A stretch of DNA of 64,000 nucleotides from Octopus vulgaris (Eukaryota): assembly GCA_951406725.2 (NCBI GenBank), contig OX597818.1, positions 105,090,001 to 105,154,000 on the forward strand, given 5' to 3'. The notes under the pieces are model-generated. The model did not search any database and had not been told where the DNA came from. It worked only from the letters and a program-made list of their open reading frames with translations. Position 1 is the stretch's first letter. Each line of letters starts with the position of its first letter. The position numbers and the translations under genes were made by a program. Shown piece after piece: positions 1 to 12,642 of the stretch.

Positions 1-100
1 TATTACCTTTGAAGGTTTTTATTCCCATGCTAGCCACTTGATAAGATCAATATGTAAATAACGATCTTATACTTATATATATATATATATATATACATCA

Positions 101-190
101 GACTACTTTTAGTTTCTGCCTACCAAATCTACTCTCAAGATTTTGATTGGCCCAAGGCTTTAGTAGAAGACACTTGTTCAAGAGCCTCAT
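101..190 (-). mobile_element. tRNA-derived SINE family A fragment
   Basis: Degenerate match to the agtttccgtctaccaaatccactcacaaggctttgg...tagtagaagacacttg core seen in the full copy at 33956-34340. Confidence 0.6.
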
Positions 191-648
191 AGAAATGATA
201 CTCTTGTTCATTTCTCAGTCCGGATTATGGTATATATGCAGAGATAACTGTTTCTATGATGTTGCCCATGACTACTCTAAGCTTAAAATTTAAAACTTTT
301 ATACCTATTCCATTGTTAGAGTGATAATGATCTCATGGTTCTATTTCTTGCAGACAATGCTCTGTAGCTGAGTGGTTTTGACATTTGAAGACAAGGGGAA
401 TTAAAAATACCTCACTTGGAAAACAACTAAGGACATTAACAGGAAGGACAGCTGACTGTAGAATTGTGCCTCAATAAGTCTTGTACAACCCATACCAGCA
501 TGGTGGTTGTAAAAACAACAATAATGATTATTATAATGATGATGATATATTATTTAAATAATTCTAGCTTAATAACAAATTTTAAAATATTTACAATTTT
601 TTAAAACCTTCTCACTCAAGCTATAGAGTTTTAAAGTTATCCCTACAG

Positions 649-1836
649 ATCATCATCATCATCATCATCATCATCATCGTTTAGCGTCCGCTTTCCATGC
701 TAGCATGGGTTGGACGGTTCAGCTGGGGTCTGGGAAGCCAGAACGCTGCACCAGGCCCAGTCTGATCTGGCAATGTTTCTACGGCTGGATGTCCTTCCTA
801 ACGCCAACCACTCCGTGAGTGTAGTGGGTGCTTTTTATGTGCCACCAGCACAGGTGCCAGACAAGGCTGGCAAACGGCCACAATCAGATGGTGCTTTTTA
901 CGTGCCACCGGCATGGGGGCCAGGTGAGGTTGGCAACAGCCACGAACGGATGGTGCTTTTTACGTGCCACCAGCACAAGGCCAGTCGGGGCGGCGCTGGC
1001 AACGGCCACGTTCGGATGGTTCTCTTCGTGCCAACGGCACTGGTATCACAGCTGCAATATCCATTGATGTTGATTGATTTCGATTCTCACTTGCCTCAAC
1101 AGGTCTTCACAAGTAGAGTTTTGTGTCCCAAGAAGGAAAGGTATGCATAAGTGGACTGGCTACATCCCATGTAGAAGCCACAGGTTATGGTCTCACTTGT
1201 CCTGTCGGGTCTTCTCACGCACAGCATACTTCCAAAGGTCTCGGTCTCTAGTCATTTCCTCAGTGAGACCTAAAGTCCGAAGGTCGTGCTTCACCACCTC
1301 ATCCCAGGTTTTCCTGGGTCTGCCTCTTCCACAGGTTCCCTCAACCGCTAGGGTGTGGCACTTTTTCACACAACTATCTTCATCCATTCTCACCACATGA
1401 CCATACCAGCGCAAACGTCTCTCTTGCACACCACAACTGATGCTTCTTAGGTCCAGCTTTTCTCTCAAGGTACTTACACTCTGTCGAGTATGAACACTGA
1501 CATTACACATCCATCGGAGCATACTGGCTTCATTTCTTGTGAGCTTACGCATATCCTCAGCAGTCACGGCCCATGTTTCACTGCCATGTAGCATGGCTGT
1601 TCGTACACACGCGTCATACAGTCTGCCTTTTACTCTGAATGAGAGGCCTTTTGTCCCCAGCAGAGGTAAGAGCTCTCTGAACTTTGCCCAAGCTATTCTT
1701 ACTCTAGCAGTTACACTTTCAGCACACCCGCCCCCGCTACTGACTTGGTCACCTAGGTAACAGAAGCTATCAACTATTTCTAGTTTTTCTCCCTGGAATG
1801 TGGCAGAAGTTGGTCTCAGAGCATCTTCAGTGTTTA
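649..1836 (-). mobile_element. 5'-truncated RTE-clade LINE (RT C-terminus, 3' UTR, (ATG)n tail)
   Basis: ORF 1193-1861 (YLGDQV...MLHGSETW...RLRWYGHV...GRPRKTW) is similar to the C-terminus of the 14665-17784 ORF; (CAT)n at 649-678 is the tail; 3' UTR has ~50-bp internal repeats. Confidence 0.93.
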
Positions 1837-2112
1837 ATTCTACAGAAATTAGAACCAGCACTAATTTCTATAGAATATCTGAGAGATAACTTTACAAAAA
1901 AGTTAATTAATAACACTACCTATACAGGTGAAACACAGTATTGACTTATAAGTCTTTAACATACTTAGTAGTATATTGTGTTTGCATAATGGAATACGGT
2001 GTTCCAACATGCAATCAAGCTACAGAATGCTAAAGGCAATCAGACACATGTAAAATGTAGGCAAAAAATTGGGGGAAAGAAGTCATCAAAAATGTTATCA
2101 TTTTATGAATAC

Positions 2113-2268
2113 CTGAGTTTTTCTTAACTTGAGTCTTCCTTGAGGAACATTGAAGAAAATATCCTCTTGAATTAATAAATCAGTTCTTGCTCCACTCTCC
2201 AGATGGACTTTTTCTTTCAGCTGTTCTACATCTTTTACTCTAGATTTTATTTCTATGTTAGTATGCAT
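2113..2268 (-). CDS. First coding exon of a CYTH-domain (CyaB/class IV adenylate cyclase-like, triphosphate tunnel metalloenzyme) protein
   Basis: Exon 2279..2113 has acceptor ttctcgttcaattAG and donor CAG|GTattc. It encodes MHTNIEIKSRVKDVEQLKEKVHLESGARTDLLIQEDIFFNVPQGRLKLRKTQ, with the N-x-E-x-K start, the Q-x-D-x-F/Y-F motif and the GRLKLR motif typical of CyaB-like CYTH proteins. Remaining exons presumably lie left of the window. Confidence 0.85.
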
Positions 2269-2726
2269 CTTCAAGAATCCTAATTGAACGAGAAATTAAC
2301 AAGCCAATTAATCAAAACACATATTTATTTCATTAATTTTACTACTATTTATATTGTATTTCAAATTATTTGGATCAGGTTATATTTTCTGCAAAATAAA
2401 CAGTGTGCTTACGAACTATAAAAACTATGGTTCTATAAAATGATTCTCAATTTTTTTACTTTCTGATACACTGGAGATTGAATTTTAAAAAAATAAACAG
2501 GAACACTTCTTATAGAAAGTTAAAACAAAGAAACAAATAACAATGTTTTCAAAATAAAAAAATACTTAAAAATATAAATCACTAAAGCTTACCTTGTTTT
2601 ATTTTAATCACATAAAGACAGACAGACAGAGACACACTCACACATACATACATATATACATACATATATACATACATACACACACACATGCACATGAATG
2701 TATGTATGTACATACACACACATGAT

Positions 2727-3045
2727 AGGCTTCTTCTTTCAGTTTCCGTCTGCCAAATCTAATCACAAAGCTGTTTTTGATCGGCTTCAGTCTGTAGCAG
2801 AAGACACTTAACAAAGGTGCTGCACAGTATGACTAAACCTAAGACCACATTGTTGGGAAGTAAGCTTCTTAATCACACAGTCATGCTTAACAGGCTTCCA
2901 CACAGTTTCCATCAAGCAAATTTCACTACCAAAGTATTGGTCAACCCAAGGCTATAGAAGAATATACTCACCCATAGTGCAGTACTGTGGGATCAAACCC
3001 AGTTTGATATGGTTACAAAGCAAACGTCTTAACCATACAACCATG
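2727..3045 (-). mobile_element. Two degenerate SINE family A heads
   Basis: Two successive matches to the SINE A 5' region, next to (CA)/(TA) repeats. Confidence 0.6.
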
Positions 3046-3809
3046 TTTTTTGCAGATGAAATGAAATATCAGTTTTTTTGTCCAGCCCGAAGTCAGCGTC
3101 AGTCCTTTAGCATTCAGATTATTCTATCAAATGAAATGCTTATTTATTTACATTGCTTATTTATCAAATGCTTATTTATTCACAACTTCAAAAATTTCAA
3201 TGATGTGATGGTTTCTTTTTAGAATGACATTGAAGCGTAGGCATAAGAGGCCAGATATGACCAGTTTAAATGTAAAACGGGTAGAATATTTGAGCTGAAT
3301 ATGGCTAGATTAAATGCTAATCATGTCAATAATAAAGTATCCCAAACATGTCCATCCCATCACTTTTTTCTCTTCCAGACATGATGTATCTAGAACTACA
3401 TTATCTAATGTGCCCTTTTTTAAGATAGTAATGTACGACTTAAGAGAGACTTAATTGCTATTTCTAACAAGTCAAGTAACCACTTAAAGGTTATACCAGA
3501 TTGGAATGAAAATCCCCTTGTTACAGTTGTTGTTGTTGATGTTGATGATGATGATGTTGTTCGCGATGGTGGTGGGGTTGGGATGTTAAGCCACAGGTTA
3601 GGTCTGTCTGTGCAAACTGTGTAACAATTTTTTTTTTGTCTTTAGTAAGTATTATTTCCTATTTACTTCTAAAAATCAAAGAAACTGACAACTATTCACT
3701 TCAAACCTTGCTTTTGAGACCTGGACATCAATGTTTTGAAACTGACCTATTTTCCATCACATTTCAGACAGATTCTGCACTAAGTTGCTGAAGTAGAAAT
3801 GTCACTGTA

Positions 3810-3975
3810 TCAAATATTCTGCTCAATACCACAGATTTGTTTGTCAGTTAATTGACCTTAACCACTTGAGCATGTCCTTTAGTGGCTGATAATATGTGCA
3901 TCTCTGATTATGAGCAGGAGTAGTGGAGGAGCATCATAGCCATGTGTTGAGAGGGATTCTTTGGGGTTTGAATAA
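3810..3975 (+). mobile_element. Fragment of the ~550-bp (TAA)n-associated element
   Basis: Reverse complement of about 62755-62920. Confidence 0.7.
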
Positions 3976-4419
3976 ATGTAACAAAAGCAAAGTTTGAAGG
4001 AAATATTAGTCATTTTTCATACTTACTAGGGTTAGGCAAATAGGAAATAACAGTTGCTACCCATGGACAAAAAAGTGATACACAGTGCAATCAAAGGCAT
4101 AGCAGCCACTAAATTGGCAGAGTCATTAGTGTGTCAGATAGAAAGCAACATGATATTTGTTCCAAATCTCTTCAAGGTCAAATTTGCCTTTCATCCTTTC
4201 GAGGTTGATAAAAAAAATAATAGCCATTTATGGTGGTGGATTGGTAGAAATGTAAGAATTCCAGACCAGAAGCTTCATGGTATTTGTTCTGGCTCTTTGG
4301 ATTCTGAGTTCAAATCCTATCATAACCTACATGGGTGATAGCTTTAATCCATTACTCCGTTTGATGTTACCACCTAGCACCTGAGGTACTTATAGTGGAG
4401 TCCACTAAGTGGCAATCAT

Positions 4420-4605
4420 CCAGGTCAGTGCTATTTGGTAGATAAAGCAATTAAGAGTATGAAGACAGGGAAAGCTGCAGAAATGCTCAAAATATCTGGC
4501 AGTGTTGGCTATAAGCCTAGTCACCCGCATAGTTAACCAGGTGATACACGAAGGAGTCATACCCAATGACTGGTGTAGTAGCACCATAGTCAACTGCTAC
4601 AAAGT
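4420..4605 (+). mobile_element. Internal RTE RT fragment
   Basis: Encodes DKAIKSMKTGKA..EMLKISG..IVNQVIHEGVIPNDWCSSTIVNCYK, similar to about 40230-40410 and to the long ORF. Confidence 0.8.
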
Positions 4606-5125
4606 TATATAGCTATTATTAAATTATGATAAATGAAAATAGAGGCAAGCAAGAATGAGAGACTGTTGCAAATAAAAACGGAAAATGATGCCTGCAACAA
4701 ATTATTAGTGCTTATTATTAAACATTAAAATCTACTCCACAATGAATGCAATAAATGTTTAAATTCATGAAGAATTGTTACACAGAGAATGCAAAGAACA
4801 TTTAAATTTGTGAGAATTTAGGGTTAAAAATTTTCAATAAACTTCAGAAATCAAAATTATAAGCAATTTGTCATAACATGAATTTATAAAAAATATTTCC
4901 AGATGGTCAAGCTTTTAATATTGCTTTCTTTTAGTACTTTTAGTAACTGTTACATACCTAATTAATGAGTAGCCTTCTCCATTATAGTATACATACACAC
5001 ACATATATATATACATACATTATACCTATATATTTATATATATATATATAAATTTTATTTGTTAGGGAATAAAAATTCCGGCATAACAGAGGTTCAAATT
5101 ATTCTCAATGAAGAAATATATATTC

Positions 5126-5733
5126 TAATTTAGAGATAATAGGCTCCTTCATCTCACCATATAAAAAAGAATTCTTATTTTAAATACCTACTGTTTTATA
5201 ACTTGGCTACATGTGTTTCATGAGGTACATTCCCCGGTTCCCTAACCACTCCATGTTTTGCTGGAACCCTTCTTAAAATGTAACCCCAATCATCAGGTCC
5301 TTATATCACTTTATCATCGTTCAATACTATAAACTATATTTTGATTTTTTAAAAACCCTTAAGTATGTGTAAAATAGGTATGTTTAAATTAGGTTCGCTA
5401 GACCCTAGAGTACAAGCCATAATTCAGATAAAAATTCAAATAGAAAGTTACAAAAATAAAGTAAGAAATAAAAAATAAAAATGCTAAAAAATATACGAAA
5501 AATTTAAAAAAAAATTAAAATATAGTTTATAGTATTGAACAATGATAAAGTGATATAAGGGCCTGATGACTGGGGTTACATTTTAAGAAGGGTCCCAGTA
5601 AAACATGGAGTGGTTTAGGAACTGGGGAATGTACCTCATGAAACATGTGTAGCCATGTTATAAAACAGTAGGTATTTAAAATAAAAATTATTTTTTATAT
5701 GGTGAGATGAAGGAGCCTACTATCTCTAAATTA
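5126..5733. mobile_element. Inverted-repeat element (~210-bp arms, ~180-bp spacer) carrying hammerhead motifs; Penelope pLTR-like
   Basis: 5126-5340 is the reverse complement of about 5519-5733; flanked by (TA)n. Confidence 0.8.
5560..5654 (+). ncRNA. Type I hammerhead ribozyme with extended stem II
   Basis: ggc-CTGATGA-c-tggggttacatt...aatgtacctca-t-GAAAC-ATGT-GTA-gcc; the mirror copy at 5205-5299 (-) has GAAAC-ACAT-GTA, implying an ancestral palindromic ACACGTGT stem III. Confidence 0.65.
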
Positions 5734-5758
5734 ATATATATATATATTTTTTTGTGTG

Positions 5759-5792
<34 letters not shown>

Positions 5793-5881
5793 CTTATATA
5801 CATATATATGCATATACATATATATGCATATATTTATATATACATATATACATACATATATATATACACACACACACACAC

Positions 5882-5926
<45 letters not shown>

Positions 5927-5939
5927 TATACATATATAT

Positions 5940-6320
5940 ATCATCATCATCATCGTTTAGTGTCCGCTTTCCATGCTAGCATGGATTGGACGGTTCAACT
6001 GGGGTCTGGGAAGCCAGAAGGCTGCACCAGGCCCAGTTTGATCTGGCAATGTTTCTACAGCTGGATGCCCTTCCTAATGCCAACCACTCCATGAGTGTAG
6101 TGGGTGCTTTTTACGTGCCACCAGCACAGGTGCCAGATGAGTCTGGCAAACGGCCACAATCGGATGGTGCTTTTTATGTGCCACCGGCACGGGGGCCAGG
6201 CGAGGCTGGCAACGGCCACGAACGGATGGTGCTTTTTACATGCCACCGGCACGAGGCCAGTCGGGGCGGCGCTAGCAATGGCCACGAACGGATGGTGCTT
6301 TTTACGTGCCACCGGCACAA
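5940..6320 (-). mobile_element. RTE 3' UTR fragment
   Basis: (CAT)n tail followed by close similarity to 649-1010. Confidence 0.85.
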
Positions 6321-6374
6321 ATACATATATATACATATGTACATACATGCAAATATATATATATATATTTACAT

Positions 6375-6435
<61 letters not shown>

Positions 6436-6440
6436 TATAT

Positions 6441-6816
6441 AAGCAATAATAAATCTCTGAGTGAGGTATAAACAGTAGCTGCACGACATCGCGAAGTATA
6501 TTTGCCACTTAAATGTGGCTAACCCTTAAGGGTGGATGCTACTGTAGCTTGTAGCCCCAGAAGGACACCTCCTCCAGCTGGCTATTAACACACTTTCTGT
6601 GCCCTATCAGTATTTGAAAGGGGAAGCCATCCTTCCCATCTTCAATCTGATATGATACACACGGACTCGAGTTTCTGGGTACTGACCCGTCATCAGCGTG
6701 TGACAATCACCAATTACTGATGAAAAGTGGGTTCCCTTTGCAAATATATATCTTTTTCCAGTGACGAAAAGTCACTGATATCGAAAATGTGTAAACAAGC
6801 AATAATAAATCTCTGA
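6441..6816 (-). mobile_element. ~356-bp retrozyme-like / pLTR unit with 20-bp terminal direct repeat
   Basis: aagcaataataaatctctga at 6441 and at 6797; contains a hammerhead; abuts (TA)n and truncates the Gypsy integrase region. Confidence 0.65.
6658..6702 (-). ncRNA. Minimal type I hammerhead ribozyme
   Basis: Minus strand: cacacg-CTGATGA-c-gggt-cagt-accc-a-GAAAC-TCGA-GTC-cgtgtg; 6-bp stem I, palindromic ACTCGAGT stem III, GUC site. Confidence 0.85.
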
Positions 6817-8258
6817 TTCTGGACCATGGAATATCTGTTTTTGGCTATGGTTGCCATTTAGTGGTAGGTGCTTTTGCAGCTAGGGCACACCCTCTGCATG
6901 CTTTCACTATTTCTTAAATGTCACAGTCCATTGTTGGCTAATATACATAGCTTCTCATTAACGATTTTATTCTCAAAAGCCTTGGGAGACCAATGTGAAA
7001 TTCCTTTAGTAATCTCCTCTGTAGTATGGCTGGCACTACGACTCTTTTGTGCGTACATCAACGCACTGTCACACATTGAGAATAGGTTTGAATTTGCGTT
7101 GCACATATTTCTATCTCTTTTAGCCTTCAGCATTTCTCTCATTTTTTTAATGAATTGATTGTCTTCTTATTTTAATTTTATGTCTTGTAATGTGACTGCC
7201 AGTTCACATATGACATTACACAAAACATTTTAAATTTTATTTTCTGCTCGCAACGCAACAAACACATTTTCAAATGGTTCAGCATTTTTTTAAATCAGTC
7301 TAGAGAAACAATCAGCAGGTCCTAATTTCTTAGATGGTATATACTTTATCTTAAAATCATAGTTTAATAATAAAGTACCCCAACATTGCAACTTATTAGC
7401 AGTATGGGCAGGGATTACTTTCTTCAACCCATATATAGATAATAACAGACAATGGTCAGTCTGTGGTCAAAAACTTCTACTGCGTAAAAATCTATGCAAT
7501 TTTTGTTATGGCAAAAATAATTGCTAGAGCCTCTTGCAAAGTTGTTATATTTGTCAGATGGACTACACTTTTAATTGTGTCTGCTCTCGACAGATCTGGT
7601 CAACATTCATTTCTATCAAGGATTTGTCCTAAATATTTTATTCTTGATAAGAAAAATTCACACCTTTCTTCACTCAAAGTAAAGCCATAATCCCTAATTT
7701 TTTTTTCGAACACATATTTTATATGCTCTACATGTTGATCCCTGGATGTTAATGAGTATATCATCCAGCTATTGAATTGTGAATTCAGTCCACTAACAAT
7801 CACTGGTGTGACTTTTTAACCAAATGGTAATCTGTTGTATTTATACTGTCCCTTATGTGTATTAATTGCTAGGTATTTAGAGCACTCACCATCTACTCTA
7901 ATATGCTGGTATGCATCAGAGAGATCCAATTTAGAAAATATCTTGCCACTGTTTAAGTTTGCAAATATGTCCTCTGGAGTAGGTAGCAGATAGTGAAACA
8001 TTTTAAGACAGTCATCTAAACCAGTGCAAAAATCAGCACACACTGTGATTTTATTATTCTTTTTCTTAGCATATACAGTTGGTGATGCCCATTGACTATA
8101 TTCCACTCTTTGCGTAACTCCAATTTTTTCTAATCTCTAACTCAGTTTATCTGTTTTAATGCTGCAAATGATGCAGTTCATTTTAGTTTAAATACCAGTA
8201 TGGCATTTTCTTTTACTTGAAACTTCACCTTTGTTTTGGAGCACAGACCTAATTCATC

Positions 8259-8457
8259 AGACAGAACCTCAGAAAAAGTCTTAAAAAATTTTAATTTTAA
8301 TTCATCTGACAACTTATTTCTACTAGTAGAAAAAACATTCACATTTTTACAGAAAAGCAGACAGAACCTCAGAAAAAGTCTTTTAAAATTTTTATTTTAA
8401 TTCATCTGACAACTTATTTCTACTAGTAGAAAAAACAGTCATACTTTTACAGAAAAG
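8259..8457. repeat. ~100-bp tandem duplication inside Gypsy pol
   Basis: agacagaacctcagaaaaagtc...tacagaaaag occurs twice in tandem. Confidence 0.85.
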
Positions 8458-9761
8458 ATTTATGAGGAAGTCCCATAAGTTAAATAATTCCATCCAGTCT
8501 GCTCCAAATAGATTTGTCATATTATTCAACACAAAAATTTTGGCTTGTTAGGTTTTTCCAAAAAATGTAATATCACTTATCATTTAACCCTTAAAATGTA
8601 ACTCTTTTCCTGAAATACCACATGCAATTTTCGAAGCTTCTTTTAATCTAGGTCTCCTGGTTTTTCCTATGTATTAGTGTTAATTATCAAGATATCACTG
8701 CCTGTATCCAATTGTAACTTTACATTCGTGTTATTAATTGTTACATACACAAATTTGCTTTGAGGCTTGTTTGTATTTCTTGTCACCGATAACCTGTTTA
8801 CGTGATTTTTTTTTCTGTTGAACTGTTTTTTTTTTTGGGGGGGGGGGTTACAGTGTGGTTTTTTAATGACCTATCTTACTACACTTGAAGCATTTTATAT
8901 TTTTAAATGAATAGTTACTTTTAAAATGTATTCAGTCTTTAAAATGGATTCAGTCTCAACATTCTTTTCACATTTTTCATATTCGTTACTGGTCAACTCT
9001 CACGCAATCATTTTCTTCAATTTTATCTGCATCATGTCTTAGATTTATAATCCTATGGCATTCTTCTGCTACTGCCTACAGAGTTAATTCTTGATCCTGT
9101 TCTAATGTTGTTAATATCCAGGAATGTATATCTGCATCTTTGCTTGCAGTTAGCCCTTGAACAAAAATTAGACATTTGAACATGTCCCATAATGAACATG
9201 TTCATTTAATTTGAATTTTTTACACTTTATGTTAACAACTCCAGCATAGGTAACAATATATTCATCTTTTTTGGACAAATTTAAACACTGCCAGTGAGTA
9301 TTGAACAGGGAACTTCTTTCACTGAAAATTTTCAATAAAAAATTGTTTTATCAGAACAAATCTCATGTTTGGCAGAATATAATTACTATATTTTTTTTGT
9401 GTTCAGCAGGGGATAACTTTCTTAAAAGTAGTTGTACTTTTTACTCATCAGACCAATTTTTACATTCTTTAGAGATTTCTTCATACCTTTGAAAATATAC
9501 AGAGAAGGTAATCTCTTTTTCTGGTTTATAGCTGAAATCTTCAATTGAATTTGTTACACTGTCTGGCAAGTATGAACCTGAAATATTTTCAGACTTCTTC
9601 AATATTAATTCCAGTAACTGTTGGTGTTGTTGTTGTTGCTGTTGCAGCAGCTGTTGTTGTTCCATGTTAAAATGATTTTTTCTGTGATTTCATACCCCAC
9701 CAAAAAATTCTAAACATCCAACACAAGCTTCGAACAACTTGTTGCAACTTTCATATCCTGA

Positions 9762-9964
9762 TGTTGGAAAAATAATTTAATGAAGCAGGGTGTAAGAAAG
9801 TGTTTACTCAATGCATTACTATTACTGCTACATGAGGTTAAAACGCTCTCTGCCAATGGCTCACAGTGAACTACTTACAATCAATTGCTGACAGTTCTTT
9901 ATTTTGTAGCAATGTGTCAGTCCACTCTTAGCCACTTGAAGGGGGTCAGAATTCTTCCACAACA
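9762..9964 (-). mobile_element. Putative 5' LTR of the Gypsy element
   Basis: TGTTG...CAACA termini just upstream of gag; primer-binding site not clearly intact. Confidence 0.45.
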
Positions 9965-10191
9965 ATACCCATTACAAAAAGCTTTGCTATAAGTCATTTG
10001 TATGACACACAATTAAAAGTTTTGGTACACCAATATAAATGTCACTGGTGTTCTCCATTCTCAATCTTCTGTGAAAGCATGTCCATTTGTGGGGAAATAT
10101 TACCTTACTTGGAAGCAGGTGAGAGTTGATGACAGGAAGAGTATCCACCTGTAGATTAATTATGATTTCTACATCCATTGAGGATGCATAC

Positions 10192-10329
10192 CTTGGTTTT
10201 CTTACTTCTCTTTCTTCTCATTCCAGTTTTTGCATCTATCTTCTTCACAGTTTGCTTCTCATTTTTTCTCATGTTTTCACATAGACCAATATCCTGGTTC
10301 TCAAATACACCTAATGGCATACACCGAAC
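10192..10329 (-). CDS. Internal coding exon of an unknown ~100-aa protein (host gene)
   Basis: tctttcAG|...AAG|GTatgc, 138 nt, one open frame VRCMPLGVFENQDIGLCENMRKNEKQTVKKIDAKTGMRRKRSKKTK, phase-compatible with exon 21634-21737. Confidence 0.65.
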
Positions 10330-10459
10330 CTGAAAGATTTCCTTGGTGACATATAGCATATCATATAAATCTGCTAAATTATTGTATCTCTACAGCATGA
10401 AACTATTAGTAGGTCTTTTTAAAATTCTGTATACATACATATATACACACATACATATA

Positions 10460-10688
10460 TATATTAAAAATGGGGAATGCTAGTTTATGGGATTACCTTA
10501 GGTTTCCTGTCCATAAAGGGTTTAATTTTATGACTTATCCTCAAATCTCAAAAATCTGTTGGCCCATGACCTCTTAAAAATGGGCCAACAGGTTTTGGGA
10601 TCTGATGATACACCATAAAGCTAAACCCTCTATGGATAGGAAACCTAAGGTAATTCTATCAACTGACCTTCCCTATTTTTAATATATA
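10460..10688. mobile_element. Fold-back element (~105-bp arms) with hammerhead
   Basis: 10460-10567 is the imperfect reverse complement of 10580-10688; flanked by (TA)n. Confidence 0.7.
10597..10657 (+). ncRNA. Type I hammerhead ribozyme (aged)
   Basis: gggat-CTGATGA-taca-ccata...tatgg-atag-GAAAC-CTAAG-GTA-attct; near-palindromic ACCT-A-AGGT stem III. Confidence 0.6.
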
Positions 10689-10764
10689 CTGCTTTACATC
10701 TAAAGGTGTGCTTCTTTTGGATTTGTTTACTAAAAATTATATATATATATATATATATATTCTT

Positions 10765-11125
10765 TTATTTGTTTCAGTCATTTGACTGCAGCCATGCTGG
10801 AGCACCACCTTTAGTCGAACAAATCGACCCCAGAACTTATTCTTTGTAAGCCTAGTACATATTCTATTGGATTCTTTTGGTAAACTGCTAAGTTACGGGG
10901 GATGTAAACACACCAACATCAGTTGTCAAGCGATGGTGGGGGACAAACACAGACACACAAATACATACATACATACATATATATATATATACACACACAC
11001 AATGGGTTTCTTTCAGTTTCCGTCTGCCAAATCCACTCACAAGGCTTTGGTCGACCCGAGGCTATAGTAGAGTAGAAGACACTTGCCCAAGGTGTCATGC
11101 AGTGGGACTGAACCTGGAATCATGT
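10765..11125 (-). mobile_element. SINE family A, nearly full length
   Basis: Reverse complement of the 33956-34340 copy, with an internal (TA)/(CA) tract. Confidence 0.8.
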
Positions 11126-11815
11126 GTGTGAAAGGGAGATGACTGCGCTGGTATAGTCATGTGATGCATGTGGACAAGGACAGCTGTGTGAAGAAGTGTC
11201 GCACTCTAATAGTGGAGGGAAACTGTGGAAGAGGTAGATCCAGGAAGACTTGGAACAAGCTGGTGAAGCACAACCTCCGAATGTTGGGCCTCATGGAGGT
11301 AATGACAAGCAAGCGAGATCTTTGGCAATATGCTGTGCTTGAGAAGGCCTGTCAAGCCAAGTGAGATCATAGTTGTAGCTGATACCAGTGTCATGCCACT
11401 GGTCCATTAAAAGCATCCTTCAAACATTGGGCAATATGCTGTGCTGTCAAGCCAAGTGAAATCATAATCATGGCTGATGCCAGTACCGTCTGACTGGCAG
11501 CCATGCTGGTGGCACATAAAAAGCACCATTCGAGTATTGGGCTTCATAGAGGCAATGACAGGTGACTGAGACCTTTGGCAATATACTATGCTGTATAGAC
11601 CTGTCAAGCTAAGTGAGACCATAGTTGTGGCCAATGTTGGTGTCAGGTCAATGGCACCCATGCTGGTGACACGTAAAAAATACCCACTACACTCTCAGAG
11701 TGGTTGGCATTAGGAAGGGCATCTAGCCATAGAAACCTTGTCAAATCAGATTGGAACCTGGTACAGCTCCCCAGCTTACCAGTTTCAGTCAAACCATCCA
11801 ATCCATTCCAGCAGG
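11126..11815 (+). mobile_element. RTE 3' end fragment
   Basis: ORF 11161-11364 (..DSCVKKC..GRGRSRKTW..DLWQYAV) followed by 3' UTR repeats. Confidence 0.8.
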
Positions 11816-11816
11816 C

Positions 11817-12010
11817 GATGCTGAAAAGTTCCTAGTTTTAAGGGTATCACAAAAGCCCAACCTTCTGACTTCTTTTACAATGCTTAGAAAAACTGAAGGA
11901 CCGCTGCAATAAGTGTGTGAATCTGAGAAGGGAATATGTTGAATAAAATCATAATAAACTGATCCTCCTGTATTTTCTTTTACCCAAGGCCAGGAACTTT
12001 TCAGCAACCC
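11817..12010 (+). mobile_element. Mariner-derived MITE/deletion derivative
   Basis: Inverted ends tgctgaaaagttcct / aggaacttttcagca; internal KCVNLRREYVE* resembles a mariner transposase C-terminus. Confidence 0.55.
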
Positions 12011-12604
12011 TTTGTATATGACAAATGAAAGGTGGCACTCAACACATTTGGTAGGAGTCACATTATTATTTAATAACTGCTTGACTTGAGTCCTTGCAAC
12101 TCAAAGTTTCATGAACTCATACAACAAACATAGCTCATCAGACATTTGGAGGTCAAGTAACAGGAAATGAGACAAATATATAATATATTAAAAAAAGATG
12201 ACATAACTTCTCAAATTTTCACCAAAAGTGGCTCACCAAACTGACTTTGATGAGCCAGCATTGGCAAAACTTCAAAGTCACATTTCAATTTCTATTGAGT
12301 TCTTTGTTTAATTAATGACTAAAAATTAATTTTTATATAATTAAAAACACTTATATTATTAATTATGTATGTGTACATGCAAGTACATGTATGCAAGCAT
12401 GTAATTATGTATGTGTTTGTATGTTTGTATGTATGTATGTATGTATGTATGTATGTATGTATGTATGTATGTATGTATGTATGAATAAATGATGTATGTA
12501 TATGTTTGCTTGAATCAGTTATCAAGTCTCTCATTAAAGGCTCACTTAATCATAATAGTAGATAACAAGCTTGTAAGACTTATGTATGCGTGTGCATGTT
12601 GGGG

Positions 12605-12642
<38 letters not shown>

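Larger units (their letters stand above)
6817..9964 (-). mobile_element. Degenerate Gypsy/Ty3 LTR retrotransposon (LTR, gag, protease, RT, RNase H, start of integrase)
   Basis: Gag 9441-9665 (SIEDFSYKPEKEITFSVYFQRYE); RT 7816-8106 (WASPTV..CADF..FSKLDLSDAYQ..YNRLPFG); IKYLGQI at 7600-7800; integrase-like KTDIPWSRI near 6820-6845; many stops and frameshifts. Confidence 0.88.

Noticed and set aside
710-1150. Recurrent [22 protein letters not shown] ORFs
   Set aside because: Antisense reading of the RTE 3' UTR, not a gene family
5688-6508. Many ORFs rich in YI/HT/VC repeats (also near 12300, 20800, 48000, 50200, 51300 and 58600)
   Set aside because: Translations of (TA)n/(CA)n microsatellites
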